DNA of 64,000 bases from Eledone cirrhosa. Its lineage: Eukaryota. The DNA lies in the NCBI GenBank assembly GCA_964016885.1, contig OZ024743.1, positions 183,086,001-183,150,000 on the forward strand, written 5' to 3'. Made by a program: the position numbers and the translations under genes. Each line of letters begins with the position of its first letter. Within the stretch, counting starts at the first letter, position 1. Shown one piece after another: positions 42,931 to 61,515 of this stretch. The notes under the pieces were generated by a model. That model worked only from the letters and a program-made list of their open reading frames with translations. It searched no databases and had not been told where the DNA came from.

Positions 42931-43464
42931 GGTGGCGGCGTAAATGGCCATAACTATATGCCACAATGCATGTTATCCAACACTACCAATTCTGCCAATC
43001 CACAACCCTTTTGATGATGTTGGGTGACCTGTAAACATCTAACTAATATCAGTGTAGAAATACACATGATGATGATGATGATGATAGTATTCATTGTTCG
43101 TGATGCTTCATAACAGTAGTAAGAAATCACCTTGGTTTCTTGTTTTCTTTGAGTAATTAATTTGTTTTGATTAGAAGTGTGACAGTGTGGACAGATTAAG
43201 AAGGACAAGGTTTTTATCAACTAATCTTCTGTAGATTGTATTCTGAATCTAGTGTCTAGCATTGAGTAATCTCTTTCAAGCAGCAATCTATTGCTTATTG
43301 ATTTCAGACTGATAGTAAATTGTAAAGTCTATTCACAGTTTCTTAGCCAACACTTTTCTTTCTCTGCATTGTTTGAGGAATTACACACCTGTGCTTTATC
43401 TCCTTAGTTGACTGACACTATTGTGGTATCTGTTAATCATGGAAGAAGTAATAGCTATATGAAA

Positions 43465-43862
43465 AACAGGTTTCTCCCTATGTACAAAAGAACAGCTGTA
43501 TGAAGCCAGTGTGCAGTGCTGCATGGTAGTGAATCATGGGCTGTGGCTGCAGAGAACATGCATAGACTGGAGAGAAATGAAACAAACATGTTTCATTAGA
43601 TGTGCAATGTAAATGTGAGAGAAGGGCAGAGCTCAGTCAAGATGAGAGAGAAGCTGGGCTTAAGGGGAATCCGAGATGGTGTGCAGGAGAGAAGACTACA
43701 TTGGTATAGACATGTGATGTGCATGGACAATGACTGATGAATGAAGGAAGCCACAATAGAGGACAACCAAGAAAAACCTGGGCAGAGGTTGTGAGAGCTT
43801 ACCTCAAATCACTATGATTGTCAGAGGAGATGAAGGAATATGGCAAGTCTATATAGTAAAGA
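43465..43862 (+). mobile_element. Decayed RTE 3' fragment
   Basis: SAVLHGSESWAVAAENMHRLERNE...KLGLRGIR...RRLHWYRHVM...[11 protein letters not shown]. Confidence 0.85.
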
Positions 43863-46800
43863 CACATAATATATATAGTATAGACATATAATATATATAG
43901 TATAGACATATAATATATATAGTATAGACATATAATATATATAGTATAGACACATGATATATATAGTATAGACACATGATATATATGGTATAGACACGTA
44001 ATATATATAGTATAGACATATAATATATATATAGTATAGACATATAATGTATATGGTATAGACACATAATATATATCGTATAGACATATAATATATATCG
44101 TATAGACATATAATATATATATGGTATAGACATATAATATATATGGTATAGACATATAATATATATGGTATAGACATATAATGTATATAGTATAGACATA
44201 TAATGTATATGGTATAGACATATAATATATATAGTATAGACATATAATGTATATAGTATAGACATATAATATATATGGTATAGACATATAATGTATATGG
44301 TACAGACATAATATATATAGTATAGACATATAATGTAAATGGTATAGACATATAATATATATAGTATAGACATATAATATATATAGTATAGACATATAAT
44401 GTATATAGTATAGACATATAATATATATAGTATAGACATATAATATATATAGTATAGACATATAATGTATATAGTATAGACATATAATATATATGGTATA
44501 GACATATAATGTATATAGTATAGACATATAATATATATGGTATAGACATATAATATATATAGTATAGACATATAATATATATGGTATAGACATATAATGT
44601 ATATAGTATAGACATATAATATATATGGTATGGACATATAATGTATATGGTATAGACATATAATGTATATAGTATAGACATATAATATATATGGTATAGA
44701 CTTATAATATATATGGTATAGACATATAATATATATGGTATAGACATATAATATATATGGTATAGACATATAATATATATGGTATAGACATATAATATAT
44801 ATGGTATAGACATATAATATATATGGTATAGACATATAATGTATATGGTATAGACATATAATATATATGGTATAGACATATAATATATATGGTATAGACA
44901 TATAATATATATGGTATAGACATATAATGTATATGGTATAGACATATAATATATATAGTATAGACATATAATATATATGGTAGAGACATATAATATATAT
45001 AGTATAGACATATAATATATATAGTATAGACATATAATGTATATAGTATAAACATATAATGTATATAGTATAAACATATAATGTATATAGTATAGACATA
45101 TAATGTATATAGTATAGACATATAATGTATATGGTATAGACATATAATATATATGGTATAGACATATAATATATATGGTATAGACATATAATATATATGG
45201 TATAGACATATAATATATATGGTATAGACATATAATGTATATGGTATAGACATATAATATATATGGTATTGACACATAATATATATGGTATAGACATATA
45301 ATGTATATAGTATAGACATGTAATATATATGGTATAGACATATAATGTATATAGTATAGACATATAATGTATATAGTATAGACATATAATATATATGGTA
45401 GAGACATATAATGTATATGGTATAGACATATAATATATATGGTATAGACATATAATGTATATGGTATAGACATATAATATATTTGGTATAGACATATAAT
45501 GTATATGGTATAGACATATAATATATATAGTATAGACATATAATATATATAGTATAGACATATAATATATATAGTATAGACATATAATATATATAGTATA
45601 GACATATAATGTATATAGTATAAACATATAATGTATATAGTATAAACATATAATGTATATAGTATAGACATATAATGTATATAGTATAGACATATAATGT
45701 ATATGGTATAGACATATAATATATATGGTATAGACATATAATATATATGGTATAGACATATAATGTATATGGTATAGACATATAATGTATATGGTATAGA
45801 CATGTAATGTATATGGTATAGACATGTAATATATATGGTATAGACATGTAATATATATGGTATAGACATATAATGTATATGGTATAGACATATAATGTAT
45901 ATGGTATAGACATATAATGTATATGGTATAGACATATAATATATATGGTATAGACATATAATGTATATAGTATAGACATATAATATATATGGTATAGACA
46001 TATAATATATATGGTATAGACATATAATATATATGGTATAGACATATAATATATATAGTATAGACATGTAATATATATGGTATAGACATATAATGTATAT
46101 GGTATAGACATATAATATATATGGTATAGACATATAATATATATGGTATAGACATATAATATATATGGTATAGACATATAATATATATGGTATAGACATA
46201 TAATGTATATGGTATAGACATATAATGTATATGGTATAGACATATAATGTATATGGTATAGACATATAATGTATATGGTATAGACATATAATGTATATGG
46301 TATAGAAATATAATATATATGGTATAGACATATAATGTATATGGTATAGACATATAATATATATGGTAGAGACATATAATGTATATGGTATAGACATAAT
46401 ATATATGGTATAGACATATAATATATATAGTATAGACATATAATATATATGGTATAGACATATAATGTATATGGTATAGACATATAATGTATATAGTATA
46501 GACATATAATATATATGGTATAGACATGTAATATATATGGTATAGACATGTAATATATATGGTATAGACATATAATGTATATAGTATAGATATATAATGT
46601 ATATGGTATAGACATATAATATATATGGTATAGACATATAATATATATGGTATAGACATATAATGTATATGGTATAGACATATAATATATATAGTATAGA
46701 CATATAATATATATAGTATAGACATATAATATATATAGTATAGACATATAATGTATATAATATAGACATATAATATATATGGTATAGACATATAATGTAT

Positions 46801-48310
46801 ATGGTATAGACATATAATATATATGGTATAGACATATCATATATATGGTATAGACATATAATATATATGGTATAGACATATAATGTATATGGTATAGACA
46901 TATAATGTATATAGTATAGACATATAATGTATATGGTATAGACATATAATATATATGGTATAGACATGTAATATATATGGTATTGACATATAATATATAT
47001 GGTATAGACATATAATGTATATAGTATAGACATGTAATATATATGGTATAGACATATAATGTATATAGTATAGACATATAATGTATATAGTATAGACATA
47101 TAATATATATGGTATAGACATATAATATATATGGTATAGACATATAATGTATATAGTATAGACATATAATATATATGGTATAGACATATAATATATATGG
47201 TAGAGACATATAATGTATATGGTAGAGACATATAATATATATGGTATAGACATATAATATATATGGTAGAGACATATAATGTATATGGTATAGACATATA
47301 ATATATATGGTATAGACATATAATGTATATGGTATAGACATATAATATATTTGGTATAGACATATAATGTATATGGTATAGACATATAATATATATAGTA
47401 TAGACATATAATATATATAGTATAGACATATAATATATATAGTATAGACATATAATATATATAGTATAGACATATAATGTATATGGTATAGACATATAAT
47501 ATAATATGGTATAGACATATAATGTATATGGTATAGACATATAATATATATGGTATAGACATATAATATATATGGTATAGACATATCATATATATGGTAT
47601 AGACATATCATATATATGGTATAGACATATAATATATATGGTAGAGACATATAATATATATGGTAGAGACATATAATGTATATGGTATAGACATATAATA
47701 TATATGGTATAGACATATAATATATATAGTATAGACATATAATATATATAGTATAGACATATAATATATATGGTATAGACATATAATATATATGGTATAG
47801 ACATATAATATATATGGTATAGACATATAATATATATGGTATAGACATATAATATATATGGTTTAGACATATAATATATATGGTATAGACATATAATATA
47901 TATGGTATAGACATATAATATATATGGTATAGACATATAATGTATATGGTATAGACATATAATGTATATAGTATAGACATATAATATATATGGTATAGAC
48001 ATATAATATATATGGTATGGACATATAATATATATAGTATAGACATATAATGTATATAGTATAGACATATAATGTATATAGTATAGACATATAATATATA
48101 TGGTATGGACATATAATGTATATGGTATGGACATATAATATATATGGTATGGACATATAATGTATATGGTATAGACATATAATGTATATAGTATAGACAT
48201 ATAATATATATGGTATGGACATATAATGTATATAGTATAGACATATAATGTATATAGTATAGACATATAATATATATGGTATAGACATGTAATATATATA
48301 GTATAGACAT

Positions 48311-48494
48311 ATAATTGTTTCTACTTTTGGCACAAGGCCAGCAATTACCCAGTGCATTACTGGTACTTTATTTTATCGACCCCGTAAGGATGAAAGGCAA
48401 AGTCAACCTCGGCGGTATTTGAACTCGGATCATAAAAGGGACGTAACTATGCTGGAAAGCATGGCGTCCAACCCTCTACCGATACTGCCAATCC
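48311..48494 (-). mobile_element. tRNA-SINE variant A in satellite
   Basis: Reverse complement of the family at 23834 and 24260. Flanked by AGACATATAAT. Confidence 0.9.
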
Positions 48495-49554
48495 AGACAT
48501 ATAATATATATGGCATAGACATATAATATATATGGTATAGACATATAATATATATGGTATAGACATATAATGTATATAGTATAGACATATAATATATATG
48601 GTATAGACATATAATATATATGGTATAGACATAATATATATGGTATAGACATATAATATATATAGTATAGACATATAATGTATATAGTATAGACATATAT
48701 TATATATGGTATAGACATGTAATATATATGATATAGACATATAATATATATGGTATAGACATATAATATATATGGTATAGACATATAATGTATATAGTAT
48801 AGACATATAATGTATATGGTATAGACATATAATATATATGGTATAGACATATAATATATATGGTATAGACATATAATATATATAGTATAGACATATAATG
48901 TATATAGTATAGACATATAATATATATAGTATAGACATATAATGTATATAGTATAGACACATAATGTATATGGTATAGACATATAATGTATATGGTATAG
49001 ACATATAATATATATGGTATGGACATATAATATATATGGTATAGACATATAATATATATAGTATAGACATATAATATATATGGTATGGACATACAATATA
49101 TATGGTATAGACATATAATATATATAGTATAGACATATAATATATATGGTATAGACATGTAATATATATGGTATAGACATATAATATATATGGTATAGAC
49201 ATATAATATATATGGTATAGACATATAATATATATGGTATAGACATATAATATATATAGTATAGACATGTAATATATATGGTATAGACATATAATGTATA
49301 TAGTATAGACATATAATATATATGGTATAGACATATAATATATATGGTATAGACATATAATGTATATGGTATAGACATATAATATATATAGTATAGACAT
49401 ATAATGTATATAGTATAGACATATAACGTATATAGTATAGACATATAATGTATATAGTATAGACATATAATGTATATAGTATAGACATATAATGTATATA
49501 GTATAGACATATAATGTATATAGTATAGACATATAATATATATGGTATAGACAT

Positions 49555-49745
49555 ATAATTGTTTCTACTTTTTGGCACAAGGCCAGCAATAACCCAGTGC
49601 ATTACTGGTACTTTATTTTATCGACCCCGTAAGGATGAAAGGCAAAGTTAACCTCGGCGGGATTTGAACTCAGAATGGCAAAGACCGTAACTCTATGCGT
49701 CAAAGCATGGCGTCCGACCCTCTACCGATACTGCCAATCCATCGC
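49555..49745 (-). mobile_element. tRNA-SINE variant B in satellite
   Basis: Same family with intact box B GAGTTCAAATCC and a longer head, GCGATGGATTGGC. Confidence 0.9.
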
Positions 49746-52700
49746 ATATATGGTATAGACATATAATATATATAGTATAGACATATAATATATATGGTAT
49801 AGACATATAATATATATGGTATAGACATATAATGTATATGGTATAGACATATAATATATATGGTATAGACATATAATATATATGGTATAGACATATAATG
49901 TATATAGTATAGACATATAATATATATGGTATAGACATATAATGTATATAGTATAGACATATAATATATATGGTATAGACATGTAATATATATGGTATAG
50001 ACATATAATATATATGGTATAGACATATAATATATATGGTATAGACATATAATGTATATGGTATAGACATGTAATATATATGGTATAGACATGTAATATA
50101 TATGGTATAGACATATAATATATATGGTATAGACATATAATATATATGGTATAGACATATAATGTATATAGTATAGACATATAATATATATGGTATTGAC
50201 ATATAATATATATAGTATAGACATGTAATGTATATAGTATAGACATGTAATGTATATAGTATAGACATATAATATATATGGTATAGACATATAATATATA
50301 TGGTATAGACATATAATATATATGGTATAGACATAATGTATATGGTATAGACATATAATATATATGGTATAGACACATTATATATGGTATAGACATATAA
50401 TATATATGGTATAGACATATAATGTATATAGTATAGACATATAATGTATATAGTATATACATATAATGTATATAGTATATACATATAATATATATGGTAT
50501 AGACATATAATATATATGGTATAGACATATAATATATATGGTATAGACATATAATATATATAGTATAGACATATAATGTATATAATATAGACATATAATA
50601 TATATGGTATAGACACATTATATATATGGTATAGACATATAATATATATGGTATAGACATATAATATATATGGTATAGACATATAATATATATGGTATAG
50701 ACATATAATATATATGGTATAGACATATAATATATATGGTATAGACATATAATATATATGGTATAGACATATAATATATATGGTATAGACATATAATATA
50801 TATGGTATAGACATATAATATATATGGTATAGACATATAATATATATGGTATAGACACATTATATATATGGTATAGACACATTATATATATGGTATAGAC
50901 ATATAATGTATATGGTATAGACATATAATATATATGGTATAGACATATAATATATATGGTATAGACATATAATATATATGGTATAGACATATAATATATA
51001 TGGTATAGACATATAATGTATATAGTATAGACATATAATATATATGGTATTGACATATAATATATATGGTATAGACATATAATATATATAGTATAGACAT
51101 GTAATGTATATAGTATAGACATATAATATATATGGTATAGACATATAATATATATGGTATAGACATATAATATATATGGTATAGACATATAATATATATG
51201 GTATAGACATATAATATATATGGTATAGACATATAATATATATTGTATAGTCATATAATATATATGGTATAGACATATAATATATATGGTATAGACATAT
51301 AATATATATGGTATAGACATATAATATATATAGTATAGACATATAATGTATATGGTATAGACATATAATATATATGGTATAGACATATAATATATATGGT
51401 ATAGACATTATATATATATGGTATAGACATATAATATATATAGTATAGACATATAATGTATATAATATAGACATATAATATATATGGTATAGACATATAA
51501 TATATATGGTATAGACATATAATATATATGGTATAGACATATAATATATATGGTATAGTCATATAATATATATGGTATAGACATATAATATATATGGTAT
51601 AGACATATAATATATATGGTATAGACATATAATATATATAGTATAGACATATAATGTATATGGTATAGACATATAATATATATGGTATAGACATATAATA
51701 TATATGGTATAGACACATTATATATATATGGTATAGACATATAATATATATGGTATAGACATATAATGTATATAGTATAGACATATAATATATATGGTAT
51801 AGACACATTATATATATGGTATAGACATATAATATATATGGTATAGACATATAATATATATGCTATAGACATATAATATATATGGTATAGACATATAATA
51901 TATATGGTATAGACATATAATATATATGGTATAGACATATAATATATATGGTATAGACATATAATATATATGGTATAGACATATAATATATATGGTATAG
52001 ACATATAATATATATAGTATAGACATATAATATATATGGTATAGACATACAATATATATGGTATAGACATATAATATATATGGTATAGACATATAATATA
52101 TATGGTATAGACATATAATATATATGGTATAGACATATAATATATATGGTTTAGACATATAATATATATGGTATAGACATATAATATATATGGTATAGAC
52201 ATATAATATATATGGTATAGACATATAATATATATGGTATAGACATATAATATATATGGTATAGACATGTAATATATATGGTATTGACATATAATATATA
52301 TGGTATAGACATATAATGTATATAGTATAGACATGTAATATATATGGTATAGACATATAATGTATATAGTATAGACATATAATGTATATAGTATAGACAT
52401 ATAATATATATGGTATAGACATATAATATATATGGTATAGACATATAATGTATATAGTATAGACATATAATGTATATAGTATAGACATATAATGTATATA
52501 GTATAGACATATAATGTATATAGTATAGACATATAATATATATAGTATAGACATATCATGTATATAGTATAGACATATAATGTATATAGTATAGACATAT
52601 AATGTATATGGTATAGACATATAATATATATGGTATAGACATATAATATATATAGTATAGACACATAATATATATGGTATAGACATATAATATATATGGT

Positions 52701-53673
52701 ATAGACATAATATATATGGTATAGACATATAATGTATATGGTATAGACATATAATATATATAGTATAGACATATAATATATATAGTATAGACATATAATA
52801 TATATAGTATAGACATATAATGTATATGGTATAGACATGTAATATATATGGTATAGACATATAATATATATAGTATAGACATATAATATATATGGTATAG
52901 ACATATAATATATATGGTATAGACATATAATATATATGGTATAAACATATAATATATATGGTATAGACATATAATATATATGGTATAGACATATAATGTA
53001 TATAGTATAGACATATAATGTATATGGTATAGACATATAATATATATAGTATAGACATATAATGTATATAATATAGACATATAATGTATATAGTATAGAC
53101 ATATAATATATATAGTATAGACATATAATGTATATAGTTTAGACATATAATATATATAGTATAGACATATAATATGTATATAGTATAAACATATAATGTA
53201 TATAGTATAGACATGTAATGTATATAGTATAGACATATATATATGGTATAGACATATAATATATATGGTATAGACATATAATGTATATAGTATAGACATA
53301 TAATATATATGGTATAGACATATAATATATATAGTATAGACATATAATATATATGGTATAGACATATAATATATATGGTATAGACATATAATATATATGG
53401 TATAGACATGTAATATATATGGTATAGACATATAATATATATGGTATAGACATATAATGTATATAGTATAGACATATAATATATATGGTATAGACATATA
53501 ATATATATGGTATAGACATATAATATATATGGTATAGACATATCATGTATATGGTATAGACATATAATGTATATAGTATAGACATATAATATATATGGTA
53601 TGGACATATAATGTATATGGTATGGACATATAATATATATGGTATAGACATGTAATATATATAGTATAGACAT

Positions 53674-53857
53674 ATAATTGTTTCTACTTTTGGCACAAGG
53701 CCAGCAATTACCCAGTGCATTACTGGTACTTTATTTTATCGACCCCGTAAGGATGAAAGGCAAAGTCAACCTCGGCGGTATTTCAACTCAGATCGTAAAA
53801 GGGACGTAACTATGCTGGAAAGCATGGCGTCCAACCCTCTACCGATACTGCCAATCC
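53674..53857 (-). mobile_element. tRNA-SINE variant A
   Basis: Near-identical to 48311-48494. Confidence 0.9.
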
Positions 53858-55179
53858 AGACATAATATATATGGCATAGACATATAATATATATGGTATA
53901 GACATATAATATATATGGTATAGACATATAATATATATGGTATAGACATATAATATATATAGTATAGACATATAATATATATGGTATAGACATATAATAT
54001 ATATAGTATAGACATATAATATATATGGTATAGACATGTAATATATATAGTATAGACATATAATATATATAGTATAGACATATAATATATATAGTATAGA
54101 CATATAATATATATGGTATAGACATATAATGTATATGGTATGGACATATAATATATATGGTATAGACATATAATATATATGGTATAGACATATAATATAT
54201 ATGGTATAGGCATATAATATATATGGTATAGACATAATATATATGGTATAGACATATAATATATATAGTATAGACATATAATATATATGGTATAGACATG
54301 TAATATATATGATATAGACATATAATATATATGGTATAGACATATAATGTATATAGTATAGACATATAATGTATATGGTATAGACATATAATATATATGG
54401 TATAGACATATAATATATATAGTATAGACATATAATGTATATAGTATAGACATATAATATATATAGTATAGACATATAATGTATATAGTATAGACATATA
54501 ATGTATATAGTATAGACATATAATGTATATGGTATAGACATATAATGTATATGGTATAGACATATAATATATATGGTATGGACATATAATATATATGGTA
54601 TAGACATATAATATATATAGTATAGACATATAATATATATAGTATAGACATATAATATATATGGTATGGACATACAATATATATGGTATAGACATATAAT
54701 ATATATAGTATAGACATATAATATATATGGTATAGACATGTAATATATATGGTATAGACATATAATATATATGGTATAGACATATAATATATATGGTGTA
54801 GACGTATAATATATATGGTATAGACATATAATATATATGGTATAGACATATAATATATATAGTATAGACATGTAATATATATGGTATAGACATATAATGT
54901 ATATAGTATAGACATATAATATATATGGTATAGACATATAATATATATGGTATAGACATATAATATATATGGTATAGACATATAATATATATGGTATAGA
55001 CATGTAATATATATGGTATAGACATATAATGTATATAGTATAGACATATAATATATATGGTATAGACATATAATATATATGGTATAGACATATAATGTAT
55101 ATAGTATAGACAAATAATGTATATAGTATAGACATATAATGTATATAGTATAGACATATAATATATATGGTATAGACAT

Positions 55180-55370
55180 ATAATTGTTTCTACTTTTTGG
55201 CACAAGGCCAGCAATTACCCAGTGCATTACTGGTACTTTATTTTATCGACCCCGTAAGGATGAAAGGCAAAGTTAACCTCGGCGGGATTTGAACTCAGAA
55301 TGGCAAAGACCGTAACTCTATGCGTCAAAGCATGGCGTCCGACCCTCTACCGATACTGCCAATCCATCGC
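55180..55370 (-). mobile_element. tRNA-SINE variant B
   Basis: Near-identical to 49555-49745. Confidence 0.9.
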
Positions 55371-57215
55371 ATATATGGTATAGATATATAATATATATAG
55401 TATAGACATATAATATATATAGTATAGACATATAATATATATGGTATAGACATATAATGTATATAGTATAGACTTATAATATATATGGTATAGACATATA
55501 ATATATATGGTATAGACATATAATGTATATAGTATAGACATATAATATATATGGTATAGACATATAATGTATATAGTATAGACATATAATATATATGGTA
55601 TAGACATGTAATATATATGGTATAGACATGTAATATATATGGTATAGACATATAATATATATGGTATAGACATATAATATATATGGTATAGACATATAAT
55701 ATATATGGTATAGACATATAATATATATGGTATAGACATATAATATATATGGTATAGACATATAATATATATGGTATAGACATATAATATATATGGTATA
55801 GACATATAATATATATGGTATAGACATATAATATATATGGTATAGACATATAATATATATGGTATAGACATATAATATATATGGTATAGACATATAATAT
55901 ATATGGTATAGACATATAATATATATGGTATAGACATATAATATATATGGTATAGACATATAATATATATGGTATAGACATATAATATATATGGTATAGA
56001 CACATTATATATATGGTATAGACACATTATATATATGGTATAGACATATAATGTATATGGTATAGACATATAATATATATGGTATAGACATATAATATAT
56101 ATGGTATAGACATATAATATATATGGTATAGACATATAATATATATGGTATAGACATATAATATATATGGTATAGACATATAATGTATATAGTATAGACA
56201 TGTAATATATATGGTATTGACATATAATATATATGGTATAGACATATAATATATATAGTATAGACATGTAATGTATATAGTATAGACATATAATATATAT
56301 GGTATAGACATATAATATATATGGTATAGACATATAATATATATGGTATAGACATATAATATATATGGTATAGACATATAATATATATGGTATAGACATA
56401 TAATATATATTGTATAGTCATATAATATATATGGTATAGACATATAATATATATGGTATAGACATATAATATATATGGTATAGACATATAATATATATAG
56501 TATAGACATATAATGTATATGGTATAGACATATAATATATATGGTATAGACATATAATATATATGGTATAGACACATTATATATATATGGTATAGACATA
56601 TAATATATATGGTATAGACATATAATGTATATAATATAGACATATAATATATATGGTATAGACATATAATATATATGGTATAGACATATAATATATATGG
56701 TATAGACATATAATATATATGGTATAGTCATATAATATATATGGTATAGACATATAATATATATGGTATAGACATATAATATATATGGTATAGACATATA
56801 ATATATATAGTATAGACATATAATGTATATGGTATAGACATATAATATATATGGTATAGACATATAATATATATGGTATAGACATATAATATATATAGTA
56901 TAGACATGTAATATATATGGTATAGACATATAATGTATATAGTATAGACATATAATATATATGGTATAGACATATAATATATATGGTATAGACATATAAT
57001 ATATATGGTATAGACATATAATATATATGGTATAGACATGTAATATATATGGTATAGACATATAATGTATATAGTATAGACATATAATATATATGGTATA
57101 GACATATAATATATATGGTATAGACATATAATGTATATAGTATAGACATATAATGTATATAGTATAGACATATAATGTATATAGTATAGACATATAATAT
57201 ATATGGTATAGACAT

Positions 57216-57406
57216 ATAATTGTTTCTACTTTTTGGCACAAGGCCAGCAATTACCCAGTGCATTACTGGTACTTTATTTTATCGACCCCGTAAGGATGAA
57301 AGGCAAAGTTAACCTCGGCGGGATTTGAACTCAGAATGGCAAAGACCGTAACTCTATGCGTCAAAGCATGGCGTCCGACCCTCTACCGATACTGCCAATC
57401 CATCGC
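57216..57406 (-). mobile_element. tRNA-SINE variant B
   Basis: Matches 55180-55370. Confidence 0.9.
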
Positions 57407-57973
57407 ATATATGGTATAGATATATAATATATATAGTATAGACATATAATATATATAGTATAGACATATAATATATATGGTATAGACATATAATGTATAT
57501 AGTATAGACTTATAATATATATGGTATAGACATATAATATATATGGTATAGACATATAATGTATATAGTATAGACATATAATATATATGGTATAGACATA
57601 TAATGTATATAGTATAGACATATAATATATATGGTATAGACATGTAATATATATGGTATAGACATGTAATATATATGGTATAGACATATAATATATATGG
57701 TATAGACATATAATATATATGGTATAGACATATAATATATATGGTATAGACATATAATATATATAGTATAGACATATAATATATATGGTATAGACATATA
57801 ATGTATATAGTATAGACTTATAATATATATGGTATAGACATATCATGTATATGGTATAGACATATAATGTATATAGTATAGACATATAATATATATGGTA
57901 TGGACATATAATGTATATGGTATGGACATATAATATATATGGTATAGACATGTAATATATATAGTATAGACAT

Positions 57974-58157
57974 ATAATTGTTTCTACTTTTGGCACAAGG
58001 CCAGCAATTACCCAGTGCATTACTGGTACTTTATTTTATCGACCCCGTAAGGATGAAAGGCAAAGTCAACCTCGGCGGTATTTCAACTCAGATCGTAAAA
58101 GGGACGTAACTATGCTGGAAAGCATGGCGTCCAACCCTCTACCGATACTGCCAATCC
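57974..58157 (-). mobile_element. tRNA-SINE variant A
   Basis: Matches 53674-53857 at offset 4300. Confidence 0.9.
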
Positions 58158-59479
58158 AGACATAATATATATGGCATAGACATATAATATATATGGTATA
58201 GACATATAATATATATGGTATAGACATATAATATATATGGTATAGACATATAATATATATAGTATAGACATATAATATATATGGTATAGACATATAATAT
58301 ATATAGTATAGACATATAATATATATGGTATAGACATGTAATATATATAGTATAGACATATAATATATATAGTATAGACATATAATATATATAGTATAGA
58401 CATATAATATATATGGTATAGACATATAATGTATATGGTATGGACATATAATATATATGGTATAGACATATAATATATATGGTATAGACATATAATATAT
58501 ATGGTATAGGCATATAATATATATGGTATAGACATAATATATATGGTATAGACATATAATATATATAGTATAGACATATAATATATATGGTATAGACATG
58601 TAATATATATGATATAGACATATAATATATATGGTATAGACATATAATGTATATAGTATAGACATATAATGTATATGGTATAGACATATAATATATATGG
58701 TATAGACATATAATATATATAGTATAGACATATAATGTATATAGTATAGACATATAATATATATAGTATAGACATATAATGTATATAGTATAGACATATA
58801 ATGTATATAGTATAGACATATAATGTATATGGTATAGACATATAATGTATATGGTATAGACATATAATATATATGGTATGGACATATAATATATATGGTA
58901 TAGACATATAATATATATAGTATAGACATATAATATATATAGTATAGACATATAATATATATGGTATGGACATACAATATATATGGTATAGACATATAAT
59001 ATATATAGTATAGACATATAATATATATGGTATAGACATGTAATATATATGGTATAGACATATAATATATATGGTATAGACATATAATATATATGGTGTA
59101 GACGTATAATATATATGGTATAGACATATAATATATATGGTATAGACATATAATATATATAGTATAGACATGTAATATATATGGTATAGACATATAATGT
59201 ATATAGTATAGACATATAATATATATGGTATAGACATATAATATATATGGTATAGACATATAATATATATGGTATAGACATATAATATATATGGTATAGA
59301 CATGTAATATATATGGTATAGACATATAATGTATATAGTATAGACATATAATATATATGGTATAGACATATAATATATATGGTATAGACATATAATGTAT
59401 ATAGTATAGACATATAATGTATATAGTATAGACATATAATGTATATAGTATAGACATATAATATATATGGTATAGACAT

Positions 59480-59670
59480 ATAATTGTTTCTACTTTTTGG
59501 CACAAGGCCAGCAATTACCCAGTGCATTACTGGTACTTTATTTTATCGACCCCGTAAGGATGAAAGGCAAAGTTAACCTCGGCGGGATTTGAACTCAGAA
59601 TGGCAAAGACCGTAACTCTATGCGTCAAAGCATGGCGTCCGACCCTCTACCGATACTGCCAATCCATCGC
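59480..59670 (-). mobile_element. tRNA-SINE variant B
   Basis: Matches 55180-55370 at offset 4300. Confidence 0.9.
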
Positions 59671-61515
59671 ATATATGGTATAGATATATAATATATATAG
59701 TATAGACATATAATATATATAGTATAGACATATAATATATATGGTATAGACATATAATGTATATAGTATAGACTTATAATATATATGGTATAGACATATA
59801 ATATATATGGTATAGACATATAATGTATATAGTATAGACATATAATATATATGGTATAGACATATAATGTATATAGTATAGACATATAATATATATGGTA
59901 TAGACATGTAATATATATGGTATAGACATGTAATATATATGGTATAGACATATAATATATATGGTATAGACATATAATATATATGGTATAGACATATAAT
60001 ATATATGGTATAGACATATAATATATATGGTATAGACATATAATATATATGGTATAGACATATAATATATATGGTATAGACATATAATATATATGGTATA
60101 GACATATAATATATATGGTATAGACATATAATATATATGGTATAGACATATAATATATATGGTATAGACATATAATATATATGGTATAGACATATAATAT
60201 ATATGGTATAGACATATAATATATATGGTATAGACATATAATATATATGGTATAGACATATAATATATATGGTATAGACATATAATATATATGGTATAGA
60301 CACATTATATATATGGTATAGACACATTATATATATGGTATAGACATATAATGTATATGGTATAGACATATAATATATATGGTATAGACATATAATATAT
60401 ATGGTATAGACATATAATATATATGGTATAGACATATAATATATATGGTATAGACATATAATATATATGGTATAGACATATAATGTATATAGTATAGACA
60501 TGTAATATATATGGTATTGACATATAATATATATGGTATAGACATATAATATATATAGTATAGACATGTAATGTATATAGTATAGACATATAATATATAT
60601 GGTATAGACATATAATATATATGGTATAGACATATAATATATATGGTATAGACATATAATATATATGGTATAGACATATAATATATATGGTATAGACATA
60701 TAATATATATTGTATAGTCATATAATATATATGGTATAGACATATAATATATATGGTATAGACATATAATATATATGGTATAGACATATAATATATATAG
60801 TATAGACATATAATGTATATGGTATAGACATATAATATATATGGTATAGACATATAATATATATGGTATAGACACATTATATATATATGGTATAGACATA
60901 TAATATATATGGTATAGACATATAATGTATATAATATAGACATATAATATATATGGTATAGACATATAATATATATGGTATAGACATATAATATATATGG
61001 TATAGACATATAATATATATGGTATAGTCATATAATATATATGGTATAGACATATAATATATATGGTATAGACATATAATATATATGGTATAGACATATA
61101 ATATATATAGTATAGACATATAATGTATATGGTATAGACATATAATATATATGGTATAGACATATAATATATATGGTATAGACATATAATATATATAGTA
61201 TAGACATGTAATATATATGGTATAGACATATAATGTATATAGTATAGACATATAATATATATGGTATAGACATATAATATATATGGTATAGACATATAAT
61301 ATATATGGTATAGACATATAATATATATGGTATAGACATGTAATATATATGGTATAGACATATAATGTATATAGTATAGACATATAATATATATGGTATA
61401 GACATATAATATATATGGTATAGACATATAATGTATATAGTATAGACATATAATGTATATAGTATAGACATATAATGTATATAGTATAGACATATAATAT
61501 ATATGGTATAGACAT

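Noticed and set aside
43100-43440. Decayed Penelope ORF N-terminus (FLKQCRERKVLAKKL) on the minus strand
   Set aside because: Many stops and only a vague motif resemblance, so it is not supportable without a search.
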